A stretch of DNA of 64,000 nt from positions 8,442-72,441 of the forward strand of contig CANFPP010000001.1 of NCBI GenBank assembly GCA_947449005.1, read 5' to 3'. Under the pieces are notes generated by a model, which was given only the letters and a program-made list of their open reading frames with translations, was not told where the DNA came from and made no database searches. The DNA is from Holosporales bacterium (GTDB lineage: Bacteria; Pseudomonadota; Alphaproteobacteria; Paracaedibacterales; CANFPP01). Shown one piece after another: positions 1 to 8,131 of this stretch; positions within the stretch are counted from its first letter, which is position 1; every line of letters begins with the position of its first letter. The position numbers and the translations under genes were made by a program.

Positions 1-525
1 TAGTGAGCTGTCCACAAAAACTCTAGCAGGCTTTGGCACTACTTTTAAATTCGCTACTTCAGGCAATTGACGGCTAGAGGTACTACCAAAAAAATCCTCG
101 AAAGCTCCCAATGACAACAACGGTATTCCTTCACCTAACATTGCCTGCCGAACATGATCAGAAAGTTTTTCAGAAGGAGGAGAGGGCGGTGGAGAAGGCG
201 GTGGAGCAAAACAACGGAGCGCAGCAACTTCAGCATGCAAAGCATTTATCTCACACAAAGCTTCATGTTGTTGTTTCTTTAATATTTCAAGACCTTCAAG
301 CATACGAGACTTCCCACCTGAACTTGATAATTTTCCTACAACAGACTCAAAACCTGCAGTCACGAAAAATGAATCAACATCACTCGGTGACATTGATGTA
401 GTCGCTAATGCTTTTCCATCTGCAAGTTCCAAATCGCTTCCAACGATTTCAGCAGCGAATGTAAAGTCAGTTGATATTGTAAAGAAAGTTGCAATCACCA
501 GATTTTTGAAAACATTTCTTTTCAC
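1..525 (-). CDS. Partial (3' end off-window) secreted hypothetical protein with a proline-rich PPPSPPPSPPS tract
   Basis: Absent from the ORF track because no stop lies inside the window. Reading the reverse complement by hand gives GTG at 525-523, then 175 sense codons with no stop down to position 1. The N-terminus VKRNVFKNLVIATFFTISTDFTFA/AE is signal-peptide-like. This ORF supersedes the antisense ORF 111-401. Confidence 0.45.
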   Translation of the reverse strand, partial: MKRNVFKNLVIATFFTISTDFTFAAEIVGSDLELADGKALATTSMSPSDVDSFFVTAGFESVVGKLSSSGGKSRMLEGLEILKKQQHEALCEINALHAEVAALRCFAPPPSPPPSPPSEKLSDHVRQAMLGEGIPLLSLGAFEDFFGSTSSRQLPEVANLKVVPKPARVFVDSSL

Positions 526-774
526 TTACATACTCCATAATTATATTTCGTTGTTCTTAGATAAAAACTAATTCTCTATTTGATTTCATACATATAAGTA
601 CAAAATGAATATAAAACAAGATGTTTTTCTAAGTTATAACTACTATTTTTTTTATAAAGAGACCCTGCATAAGTGGCTCGCTATCCAAGATAAAACTTGG
701 ATTCGCCTACTTTCCAGGACTGACAAGCGGAGGATGGATAGATGCAAAAGAAGAGTTTGCGCTGAATATTGAAA

Positions 775-868
775 TGGCGGAGGGAGAGGGATTCGAACCC
801 TCGATACGACTTTAAGGTCGTATAACGGTTTAGCAAACCGGCGCCTTCAGCCTCTCGGCCACCCCTCC
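775..868 (-). tRNA. tRNA-Ser (anticodon GCU), CCA encoded
   Basis: The reverse complement folds as a cloverleaf. Acceptor stem GGAGGGG/TCCCTCC, T-arm GAGGG-TTCGAAT-CCCTC, 3-bp D stem, 7-bp long variable arm (ATACGAC/GTCGTAT), anticodon loop TTGCTAA. Confidence 0.9.
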
Positions 869-992
869 AGCTACATACCTCTCAAAAGCAAAGGCTGAGA
901 GATATCTTCCTTATCTAATAGATGAATATGTACTCTGTCAATTCGATAATTTTAAAAATCAATGACTAGCAGCTTTTTGTTGACTTCAACAT

Positions 993-1646
993 CTATATTT
1001 TATAGACGTTTCCCTCTAGGTCAGCCGAGCCCTTTCTCTCAATTTTAAAGCTTTTTCCATCGACAATGACTTCATTGCCTTTAATAGAAATATTATTAAT
1101 GGAGCCTAGGCGTATTTGAAAATAACTTTTAAGGACGAGACGATTATAGAGTTTAAAGTCTTTATGAGAAAGACCTTGCTCTATTTTGAACTCAAACGCG
1201 TGAAGCGTATAATTGAGCAAAAAACCATCTCTTACATTTTGAGAGATAACAATACTAAGTTCATTTTCTAAAGACCCAATAAATTTGTACTGATAAGTCG
1301 TCAAAGCTTTTTCGTCGAGAATGATATTCCAACCATCATCCACACTCGTTACATCTGAATTCGGATACTCATTGCTGTCAAACCCCATATTGAGATCATA
1401 AGAAATTCTGCACGGCTCCATTGAATTATCTTCACAAAATTCGAAATCTTTGATTATTCTCGGATGAATAGGCTTATTTCTAAAGGTGAACGATTTTTTT
1501 GCCTCAACCAGAAGCTTATCAAGCTCTATAAGATTTCTTGATAGATTAAGTTTTTCGTCATATCTAAACTTTTGAGCACTGGTTTCTGCCAAAATAATCT
1601 GACAAAAACTTAACGAGATTACAGCTATAAGGGATAATTTTGTCAT
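993..1646 (-). CDS. Hypothetical secreted protein (217 aa)
   Basis: Long ORF. N-terminus MTKLSLIAVISLSFCQIILA/ETS is signal-peptide-like. No recognisable domain. Confidence 0.6.
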   Translation of the reverse strand: MTKLSLIAVISLSFCQIILAETSAQKFRYDEKLNLSRNLIELDKLLVEAKKSFTFRNKPIHPRIIKDFEFCEDNSMEPCRISYDLNMGFDSNEYPNSDVTSVDDGWNIILDEKALTTYQYKFIGSLENELSIVISQNVRDGFLLNYTLHAFEFKIEQGLSHKDFKLYNRLVLKSYFQIRLGSINNISIKGNEVIVDGKSFKIERKGSADLEGNVYKI

Positions 1647-1833
1647 ACTTCATCTCCTCATCATAAAATGCTTGATTTGATTAAGTTGATTTTTTATTTT
1701 CTTAGTTTTCAAAGGTCTTGTTGAAGAATATTTTCCGAAGACGCTCTTTCGACGACATGGCTGATTATATTTTAGAGTTTTTTATAAAGCAACCTAAACC
1801 CACCTTAAGCTTAATATAATTTCAATTAACAGG

Positions 1834-1862
1834 TTGACACAGCCATTAAGGATGTCCATAAT
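1834..1862 (+). promoter_or_regulatory. Sigma70-like promoter, copy 1 (drives only a gene remnant)
   Basis: TTGACA (1834-1839), 17-nt spacer, CATAAT (1857-1862). Paralogous to the promoter at 2024-2052. Confidence 0.5.
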
Positions 1863-1950
1863 GCCGCCAGATAAAAACTTATCTATTAATGTCATATTGA
1901 CATTGCGTTTCTTCTACTATTTAGACAACTATTTAGAAAGGAAAAATATA

Positions 1951-2004
1951 ATGAACGAAGTTAAAATCTCCCCCACAATACAAAAACCTTTCTTTAAATT
2001 TTAG
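1951..2004 (+). pseudogene. Truncated 5' remnant (17 codons) of the LEA-like gene, within a tandem duplication
   Basis: MNEVKISPTIQKPFFKF-stop aligns with MNKVKITSPQYKKLSLI of the intact gene at 2143. The upstream 120 bp is also duplicated. Confidence 0.5.
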
Positions 2005-2023
2005 AACAATTCCACCTAAATTA

Positions 2024-2052
2024 TTGACAAAATCACTAAGAATAGCCATAAT
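2024..2052 (+). promoter_or_regulatory. Sigma70-like promoter of the LEA-like cluster
   Basis: TTGACA (2024-2029), 17-nt spacer, CATAAT (2047-2052). It is followed at the predicted transcription start by the perfect palindrome CAGATAA-AAAC-TTATCTG (2058-2075). Confidence 0.55.
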
Positions 2053-2142
2053 TCCGGCAGATAAAAACTTATCTGTTAATGTCAGCTTGGCATCATGTTT
2101 CTTCTACTATCTAGACAACCATTTAGAAAAGGGAAAGACACA

Positions 2143-2541
2143 ATGAATAAAGTCAAAATTACTTCTCCTCAATACAAAAAACTTTCTTTAATTAGCGCGC
2201 TTGCTTTAGGCATGCTTTTACCATGCGTTCATGCCTCACAAAGCACAAAAGAAAAAGCTGAAGAAATGAAGGATACAGCCGAACAAAAACTGGAAACGAA
2301 TAAAGACAGAGCACAAGTAAAAATTGATGAAGCAAAAGTAAAAGTAGATGAGGCAAAGGAGGAGGCAGGAACTCTAAAAGAAAAAGCAGCAGAGAAAACA
2401 AAGGAAATGACAGAGAAAGCAAAAGAACTCTATGAAAGCGGCAAAGAAAAAGCTGCTACTACATATGGAAATGTTAAAGAAGCAGTTAAGGAAAAAGTAG
2501 GAAACGCCGAAGCTAAAGAAAGCGATAGAAAAGACCAATAA
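2143..2541 (+). CDS. Secreted K/E/A-rich LEA-like (group-3 LEA / LEA_4-type) protein
   Basis: The track start is 2095. ATG 2143 (MNKVKIT) is preferred because a purine-rich stretch lies upstream. Signal peptide ...LLPCVHA/SQ. The mature part shows 11-residue periodicity (EKAAEKTKEMT EKAKELYESGK EKAATTYGNVK EAVKEKVGNAE). Confidence 0.65.
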   Translation: MNKVKITSPQYKKLSLISALALGMLLPCVHASQSTKEKAEEMKDTAEQKLETNKDRAQVKIDEAKVKVDEAKEEAGTLKEKAAEKTKEMTEKAKELYESGKEKAATTYGNVKEAVKEKVGNAEAKESDRKDQ

Positions 2542-2577
2542 AAAAGGCCGAATTATCTAAAATAAATAGAGAAAATG

Positions 2578-2602
2578 GTTAAGCTAAGCCTCTTAGCTTA
2601 AC
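2578..2602 (+). terminator. Hairpin after the LEA-like gene (no U-tract)
   Basis: GTTAAGCTAAG-cct-CTTAGCTTAAC, an 11-bp perfect stem. Confidence 0.3.
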
Positions 2603-2639
2603 TAGACAACGTGGATTGACTTTATTAAGGAGATAAACG

Positions 2640-3191
2640 ATGGAAAAACTATATTTAGCAGTAGCTTTGGGCCTAGGATTGTCTGCCTGTGTAGATAGAG
2701 TAGATAGCATAAGGCCAAAATATGAGACAAAATCTCCAATTCCAATCAATGCTAATGCAATTTTAGTAACTCAGGATTTTAACCCCTACCCAAAACCATC
2801 TAACTCAGACCAACTCTTCTCTAGAACATTAGTGCAAAATGTTGAAAAGTGGGCTAAAAAACGTCTATATCCTTTGAATCAATATGGCGTAGCTCAGCTC
2901 ACAATTCGAGATGCATCGTTCATTCTAATTCCGAACACGCAGATCCCAGAAGCGATGGAAGGACATTTAGATGTTGTACTTTCAGTATTGGATGATAAAA
3001 AAGCTGTCTTATCAACCACAGAAGCGAGAGTAAGACAAAAAGTCTCAGTGCCTGTAGGTATGACAGACGATGAACGTAAAACTCTGACACAAACTCTAAG
3101 TACTAAACTTATTGATGCGTTAGATATTGAGATGGAAGGACTACTTGCAAAAACAGCAAATTTTATCCCCTATCCAAAAAAGTACTCTTAA
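2640..3191 (+). CDS. Lipoprotein, unknown function (183 aa)
   Basis: Lipobox LGLGLSAC near the N-terminus. RBS aaggag lies 6 nt upstream of the ATG. Confidence 0.65.
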   Translation: MEKLYLAVALGLGLSACVDRVDSIRPKYETKSPIPINANAILVTQDFNPYPKPSNSDQLFSRTLVQNVEKWAKKRLYPLNQYGVAQLTIRDASFILIPNTQIPEAMEGHLDVVLSVLDDKKAVLSTTEARVRQKVSVPVGMTDDERKTLTQTLSTKLIDALDIEMEGLLAKTANFIPYPKKYS

Positions 3192-3268
3192 GTAAATAGC
3201 TATGAGACGGCAGTTATTTTTACAATAAAACGAAAAAATAATAGTGCCCATAAACAAGGAGAATCCCT

Positions 3269-3541
3269 ATGACTAGTTTAAAAGAAAAGACTCAAGACCT
3301 TATTCACAAAGCACGTGAAAAAGGAGATCAAATAGCGGATGCAGCTAAAGAAAAAATTAGCGAAGTAAAAGAGTATGCAGAAAACTTAAAGGATAAGGCG
3401 ACAGACAAAGCAACACATCTTAAAGACTCGGCAAAAGTAGATGTGGACAAAGCAAAGGTAAAAGCAGACGAAGCAAAAGTAGAACTAGATAAAGCAAAAG
3501 AAAAAGCCAAAGAGGCTTATGACAAGAAAATAAATCATTAA
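3269..3541 (+). CDS. Cytoplasmic K/E/A-rich LEA-like protein (90 aa), paralog of 2143-2541
   Basis: 11-mer periodicity (AAKEKISEVKE YAENLKDKATD KATHLKDSAKV DVDKAKVKADE AKVELDKAKEK). Shares a D-[EK]-A-K-V-K-x-D-E-A-K core with the upstream gene (IDEAKVKVDEAKEE versus VDKAKVKADEAKVE). RBS aaggag. No signal peptide. Confidence 0.6.
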   Translation: MTSLKEKTQDLIHKAREKGDQIADAAKEKISEVKEYAENLKDKATDKATHLKDSAKVDVDKAKVKADEAKVELDKAKEKAKEAYDKKINH

Positions 3542-3555
3542 AGTAGGAGAAATAT

Positions 3556-3855
3556 ATGGTTGATTTCCAAAGCGTAATACTGCCAGCGTTAGTTGGTGTT
3601 TTTGGTGGTTTCTTGGGGCCTCTGCTCTTAGAAAAATGGAAGGGGAGTGAGAGTAGATCCACCAAGCAAATATACATGGAGGCAGAACTTCAAAAAATAG
3701 AGGAGAGATTGAATAGCATATCGTCTGATATGGGAGAACGTGTAAATTCTCTAGACAATCGATTCAAAAGCTTGGAATTAACATTCACTCATAATACAGG
3801 AATACTAAAAGGAAAACTTCCAGATGCTCCACTGGAGTTACCCTCCTCTAACTAA
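3556..3855 (+). CDS. Small membrane-anchored coiled-coil protein (99 aa)
   Basis: N-terminal hydrophobic helix VILPALVGVFGGFLGPLLL. RBS aggag. Starts 15 nt after the previous stop. Confidence 0.5.
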   Translation: MVDFQSVILPALVGVFGGFLGPLLLEKWKGSESRSTKQIYMEAELQKIEERLNSISSDMGERVNSLDNRFKSLELTFTHNTGILKGKLPDAPLELPSSN

Positions 3856-3870
3856 GTTAAAATAAGTATT

Positions 3871-3940
3871 TTCTGAAACAATCCCCCTTTTGCACCAGCT
3901 GTCAGTTTTTGTCTCTGAAGGTGTAAAAGGGGATTCAGAA
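3871..3940. terminator. Long hairpin between convergent genes (possible bidirectional terminator)
   Basis: TTCTGAA-aca-ATCCCCCTTTTGCACC ... GGTGTAAAAGGGGAT-TCAGAA. Confidence 0.5.
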
Positions 3941-3980
3941 CTTTTGAAGACCCCTCAATAAATCATCAAGAGAAATTTCT

Positions 3981-4385
3981 TTAGTTAATTGTCACTGATT
4001 GATAAGGACTGTCTAAAGAAAATGCAGGTATCGCGACGTCAAACGATTCACCATTTTCTTTTTCCATTTTATAAGATCCAACCATTATACCTGAAGGGGT
4101 TGTAAGAGGCGTTGCGCTTGTGTATTCAAAATTTTTACCTGGCAATAGCTCGGGCTCTTCGCCAACGACTCCATCTCCCCTCACCTCATGAACGTGACCG
4201 AGAGCGTCAATTATTTTCCAATACCTGGTTTTTAAACGAATTTTTTCTGTTCCGAGATTTTCAATGTAAACATGATACGCCCAGAGATAATGACTCTTCT
4301 GTGGATCAGATTGGGTCTCGAGATAAATAGGAAAAATAGTCACTCTGATGGGACCGGTAGTCTCTGAATATTGACTTTGAATCAT
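3981..4385 (-). CDS. apaG: ApaG (DUF525) protein
   Basis: 134 aa. Family-typical segments ...YLWAYHVYIENLG...RYWKIID..G....V.G.GVVGE.P.L.PG..F.Y.S...L.TP.G.M.G.Y. Confidence 0.85.
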   Translation of the reverse strand: MIQSQYSETTGPIRVTIFPIYLETQSDPQKSHYLWAYHVYIENLGTEKIRLKTRYWKIIDALGHVHEVRGDGVVGEEPELLPGKNFEYTSATPLTTPSGIMVGSYKMEKENGESFDVAIPAFSLDSPYQSVTIN

Positions 4386-4483
4386 TCGGACCTCCTATTT
4401 TTCAGATAAGCATACTTTTTTATACTGAAATGTTGTAGGTATTGCTATAGTGCATTAAAGAAATAAATCAGGATAGAGAGAGC

Positions 4484-5194
4484 ATGGCTGAGCAATTTGA
4501 TGAATTTTTAGAAGAAGTAGAAAGTGATATCCGCCAAGAACGGTTTCTGAAACTTTGGCAAACATACGGTAAAATGGCTTCAATTGTCGTTGTTTTGTTG
4601 TTTGCAAGTTTTGCAGCTTATACATTTTGGCAAAAACATCAAGCAACACAAAGAGCACATCTGGCAGAAATGTTTCTTGGAGCTCAAGAGATGATTGCTC
4701 AAGGAAAAGTTAATGAAGCGATTAGCGTTATGCAATCTCTACATGATTCTTCTCACAGTGCATACCCAGTCCTAGCTAAACTTGTGACGGCAACTTTATT
4801 ATCAGAAGAAGGCCCACAACGTGACATGACTAAGGCAATCCAAACTTATGAATCCTTGGTAAATGACACGAGTGCAGAAAAGAACATGCGTGATTTAGCA
4901 AGAGTTTTGCTTGTTAACTTAAAATTAAATCAGATTCCGGCAGAACCGAATCAAGAGAAAACTTTCCTTAAAGGGCTATTAACTGATTTGTCCCCTCTCT
5001 TAAATACTGAGAACCCATGGTATCACCTTGCATTAGAGTTCAAAGGTATTATACAAAAGCAAAATGGTGACATCGCGGCTGCTGTAGAAACATTTACGAC
5101 CTTAGCTCAGGACCCAAGAACTCCTGAAGGGATTCGGATGAGAATACAATTATTGTCGCAACTGATTGTTAACCAGCTTGAAGATCATAAATAA
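4484..5194 (+). CDS. YfgM-like membrane-anchored TPR protein (TPR_21 type)
   Basis: Acidic N-terminus, one TM helix (ASIVVVLLFASFAAYTFW), then a helical-repeat region. The yfgM-bamB-der gene order is conserved. Confidence 0.7.
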   Translation: MAEQFDEFLEEVESDIRQERFLKLWQTYGKMASIVVVLLFASFAAYTFWQKHQATQRAHLAEMFLGAQEMIAQGKVNEAISVMQSLHDSSHSAYPVLAKLVTATLLSEEGPQRDMTKAIQTYESLVNDTSAEKNMRDLARVLLVNLKLNQIPAEPNQEKTFLKGLLTDLSPLLNTENPWYHLALEFKGIIQKQNGDIAAAVETFTTLAQDPRTPEGIRMRIQLLSQLIVNQLEDHK

Positions 5195-6519
5195 TGAAAA
5201 CACGTGCAATGAATTTACGTCAAAAAAGCAAAACTCTGCTCGGTATTTTAGCCTCTTTACTTTTAAGTAGCTGCGATACCTTTCAAGAAAAAGATCCACT
5301 TCCAGGAACGAGAGAGTCTATTATCGTTCTTGATGAAGCGCTACAACCAGATCCTGTATTGCTTCACCAAAAGGTTGTTATTGGCGCTGCAGTGAAGAAT
5401 AAAGATTGGCCACAAGTTGGTGGATCCGCTTCTCACGTTATGCCACCACTTGCTTTAGGTCAGGATCTTAAGGTCGTTTTACAAAAGAACATAGGCCTTG
5501 GATCCAATGAGGGGCAAAAACTAATCTCTGGCCCTATCGTTGTTAATGGCTGTGTTTATGCTATGGATGCAGGGGGTATTGTCAACGCAATTGATATCCA
5601 GAAACAAGAAATCCTTTGGACACAAACAACTGCTACAGAGAATGAACCAGCTGATGCTTTGGGCGGAGGTCTTGCCTTTGAAGAGGGAATGCTTTACGCA
5701 ACGACTTCATTTGGAGAAGTTATTGCTCTTCATCCAAAAGATGGAAAAATTATCTGGCGCAAATCTATTGGGACCCCTATTCGCTCCGCTCCTACGGTAA
5801 AGGACGGTCGAATCTATACAGTTACGATTAATAACGAACTTCATACTTTGAGCACAAAAACTGGTGAATCTCTTTGGATGCATTCAGGTATTACGGAGCC
5901 TGCTATTTTACTAGGGGGATCAAATCCTGCGGTAACGAGCAATGCAGTTGTAGTCACGTATTCATCGGGTGAAATCTATGCACTTCATGTTGAAAATGGT
6001 CATCCCCTGTGGTCAGATATTTTAACGTCGGCGTTGCGGGTTGACTCTGTTACGAGTATCCCTCACATTCGCGCACGTCCGATTATAGATGGAAATTTCG
6101 TTTACGTTATTAGCCATGGCGGACGCATGACAGCAATTGATATGCAAACAGGCATTCGAGCTTGGCAAAAAGATGTTGGCGGAACGCGCACGCCTGCGGT
6201 GATTGGTGATTCAATCTTCGTTCTAACGAATCAAGGCGATGTTATGTGCTTGAAAAAGGATACAGGACAGGTTCACTGGGCTGCAGCACTGCCTAAGCTT
6301 AGCGAAGAGAAAGAGCCGATCTTTTGGGCTGGGCCTGTTGTTGCTGGAGATGCTCTGCTTTTCACAAGTTCCAAGGGAGAAGTAAAATTCTTATCTCCTC
6401 AGGATGGCAAAACTTTAAAATCTTTAAAGTTTGAAGGAAGCAGCTATTTATCTGCAGTTATCGCAGATTCAACTCTATTTGTTTTAACGGATAATGCCGA
6501 TCTTATCGCATGGCGTTAA
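5194..6519 (+). CDS. bamB: Outer-membrane assembly lipoprotein BamB (PQQ-like beta-propeller)
   Basis: Lipobox LLLSSC. Repeated G.vyA.d..tG...W blades. Start overlaps the upstream stop (ATAATG). Sits upstream of der. Confidence 0.78.
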   Translation: MKTRAMNLRQKSKTLLGILASLLLSSCDTFQEKDPLPGTRESIIVLDEALQPDPVLLHQKVVIGAAVKNKDWPQVGGSASHVMPPLALGQDLKVVLQKNIGLGSNEGQKLISGPIVVNGCVYAMDAGGIVNAIDIQKQEILWTQTTATENEPADALGGGLAFEEGMLYATTSFGEVIALHPKDGKIIWRKSIGTPIRSAPTVKDGRIYTVTINNELHTLSTKTGESLWMHSGITEPAILLGGSNPAVTSNAVVVTYSSGEIYALHVENGHPLWSDILTSALRVDSVTSIPHIRARPIIDGNFVYVISHGGRMTAIDMQTGIRAWQKDVGGTRTPAVIGDSIFVLTNQGDVMCLKKDTGQVHWAAALPKLSEEKEPIFWAGPVVAGDALLFTSSKGEVKFLSPQDGKTLKSLKFEGSSYLSAVIADSTLFVLTDNADLIAWR

Positions 6520-6539
6520 TCTTTTTTGGTGTAAAGTAA

Positions 6540-7934
6540 GTGACCATTTCCTCATCTTTTACTGTAGCTCTTGTCGGGCGTCCAAATGTTGGGAAATCAA
6601 CACTTTTTAACCGATTAACTAAAAAATGTTTAGCCTTGGTGCACGAAACCCCCGGGCTAACGCGTGATCGCCGTGAAGGCGACGCGGAGCTTTACGGCCT
6701 TAACTTTACGGTTATTGATACACCTGGTTTGATTGATCCCGATACAACCTCTGCAGCGCCAGAACTGGCAGAAGGCATGAAAGAACAGACGTTGGCTGCA
6801 ATTAGGCAAGCAAATGTTGTTGTGTTTGTGGTTGATGGCAGAGAAGGCTGTACGCCTTATGACACTGATTTGGCTAATCTTTTGCGCAAACAAAAAAAGC
6901 CACTCATTGTTGTTGCCAACAAGTGTGAAGGAAAGCATGGATACCATGGTATTGCGGATGCTCTCGCGTTAGGCCTTGGAGATGTCACGGCTATTTCTGC
7001 TGAGCATGGCGAAGGCTTAGTTGATCTTCACGAGATGCTGATTGCTCATCTTCCAGAAAGCTTAAAAAAAGCTATGCAAGAAGAAGATGATGAAGATAAA
7101 GCATGGGATCGGCCATTGCATTTGGCAATTATGGGCCGTCCGAATGTTGGAAAATCAAGCATAATCAATAAAATACTTGGTGAAGAGAGACAATTAACGG
7201 CAGACATGCCTGGCGTCACGCGTGACTCTATTACAATCAAATGGGAATATGAAGGACGGCAGTTTAATCTTGTTGATACGGCAGGAATTCGTCGTCAAAG
7301 CCGTGTTGATAAACGAGATTTAGAGAAACTTGCGGTTATGGATGCTGAGCGGACTCTGAAGTATGCCGAAGTTGTCGTTTTGGTTGTTGATGGAACTGTG
7401 CCACTTAGTCAACAATTTGAAAAGCAAGATTTAAGCCTAGCAAGTGACGTCATTAAAGAAGGACGCGGCTTGATTATCGCCGTTAATAAATGGGATCTCG
7501 TTAAAGAAAAAACAGCTCTTTTGAAACACTTACAGCAAGAACTTGATTTGCATTTAACGCAGGCTAAGGGTGTGACTTGCCTTCCTATTTCAGCTGAGAC
7601 AGGATTTAATTTACCAAAACTTCTTGATGAAGTTTTAAGAGTTGAAAGAACCTGGAATAAAAGGCTGACGACGGGCGAGTTAAACCGTTGGTTGGAATAT
7701 ACAGTTACTGCTCATCCACCACCAATCTCGTGCGGTAGACGCATTCGTATTAAATATATTACGCAGATAAAAAGTCGACCGCCGACTTTCATTGCTTTTT
7801 GCTCAAAATCAGCCGATGTGCCGGATTCTTATCGCCGTTATTTGATTAATAATTTGCGTCAAGATTTCAAGCTGCCGGGCATTCCGATTCGCCTTACTTT
7901 CCGTAGCAGTGAAAATCCTTATAAGAAGAAGTAG
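6540..7934 (+). CDS. der: GTPase Der (EngA), double G-domain
   Basis: GTG start. Two P-loops GRPNVGKS (aa 13 and about 199), DTPG/DTAG and NKCE/NKWD motifs, KH-like C-terminus. Confidence 0.95.
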   Translation: MTISSSFTVALVGRPNVGKSTLFNRLTKKCLALVHETPGLTRDRREGDAELYGLNFTVIDTPGLIDPDTTSAAPELAEGMKEQTLAAIRQANVVVFVVDGREGCTPYDTDLANLLRKQKKPLIVVANKCEGKHGYHGIADALALGLGDVTAISAEHGEGLVDLHEMLIAHLPESLKKAMQEEDDEDKAWDRPLHLAIMGRPNVGKSSIINKILGEERQLTADMPGVTRDSITIKWEYEGRQFNLVDTAGIRRQSRVDKRDLEKLAVMDAERTLKYAEVVVLVVDGTVPLSQQFEKQDLSLASDVIKEGRGLIIAVNKWDLVKEKTALLKHLQQELDLHLTQAKGVTCLPISAETGFNLPKLLDEVLRVERTWNKRLTTGELNRWLEYTVTAHPPPISCGRRIRIKYITQIKSRPPTFIAFCSKSADVPDSYRRYLINNLRQDFKLPGIPIRLTFRSSENPYKKK

Positions 7935-7948
7935 ATACTCAATTTTCT

Positions 7949-7974
7949 TACAGTCATCCCCAGAGATGACTGTA
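7949..7974 (+). terminator. Hairpin after der (no U-tract)
   Basis: TACAGTCATC-cccaga-GATGACTGTA, a 10-bp perfect stem. Confidence 0.35.
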
Positions 7975-8063
7975 GAGGGCTACTTGTCATGACACTTGGT
8001 CAAAAAAAAACCCTCATTACATACATTTGGCTTATGTAATCAGAAATATTATCTTTATTATTC

Positions 8064-8092
8064 TTGAAATTAATTACATAAATTACTATATG
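8064..8092 (+). promoter_or_regulatory. Conserved promoter of the IQ/helical-repeat paralog family (copy 1)
   Basis: TTGAAA, 17-nt spacer, TATATG. The same architecture and flanks (ATCTTTATTATTCTTGAAATTA..., ...AATAAAAGAATAA before the ATG) recur at 11780-11808 and 15244-15272. Confidence 0.5.
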
Positions 8093-8131
8093 TGTAAAAT
8101 ACCCCAAATTAATTAAAGAATAACGTTCTTC

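Noticed and set aside
111-401. 96-aa plus-strand ORF from the track
   Set aside because: It lies entirely antisense to a longer, stop-free minus-strand frame (1-525) that has a signal peptide. The plus-strand peptide is Q/H/L-rich with no start context or motif.
775-3855. tRNA-Ser-associated genomic island
   Set aside because: Hypothetical secreted and LEA-like genes flank the tRNA. However, I found no integrase, no convincing direct repeat of the tRNA 3' end (only an 8-nt GGATTCG. match at about 700-712) and no clear compositional break.
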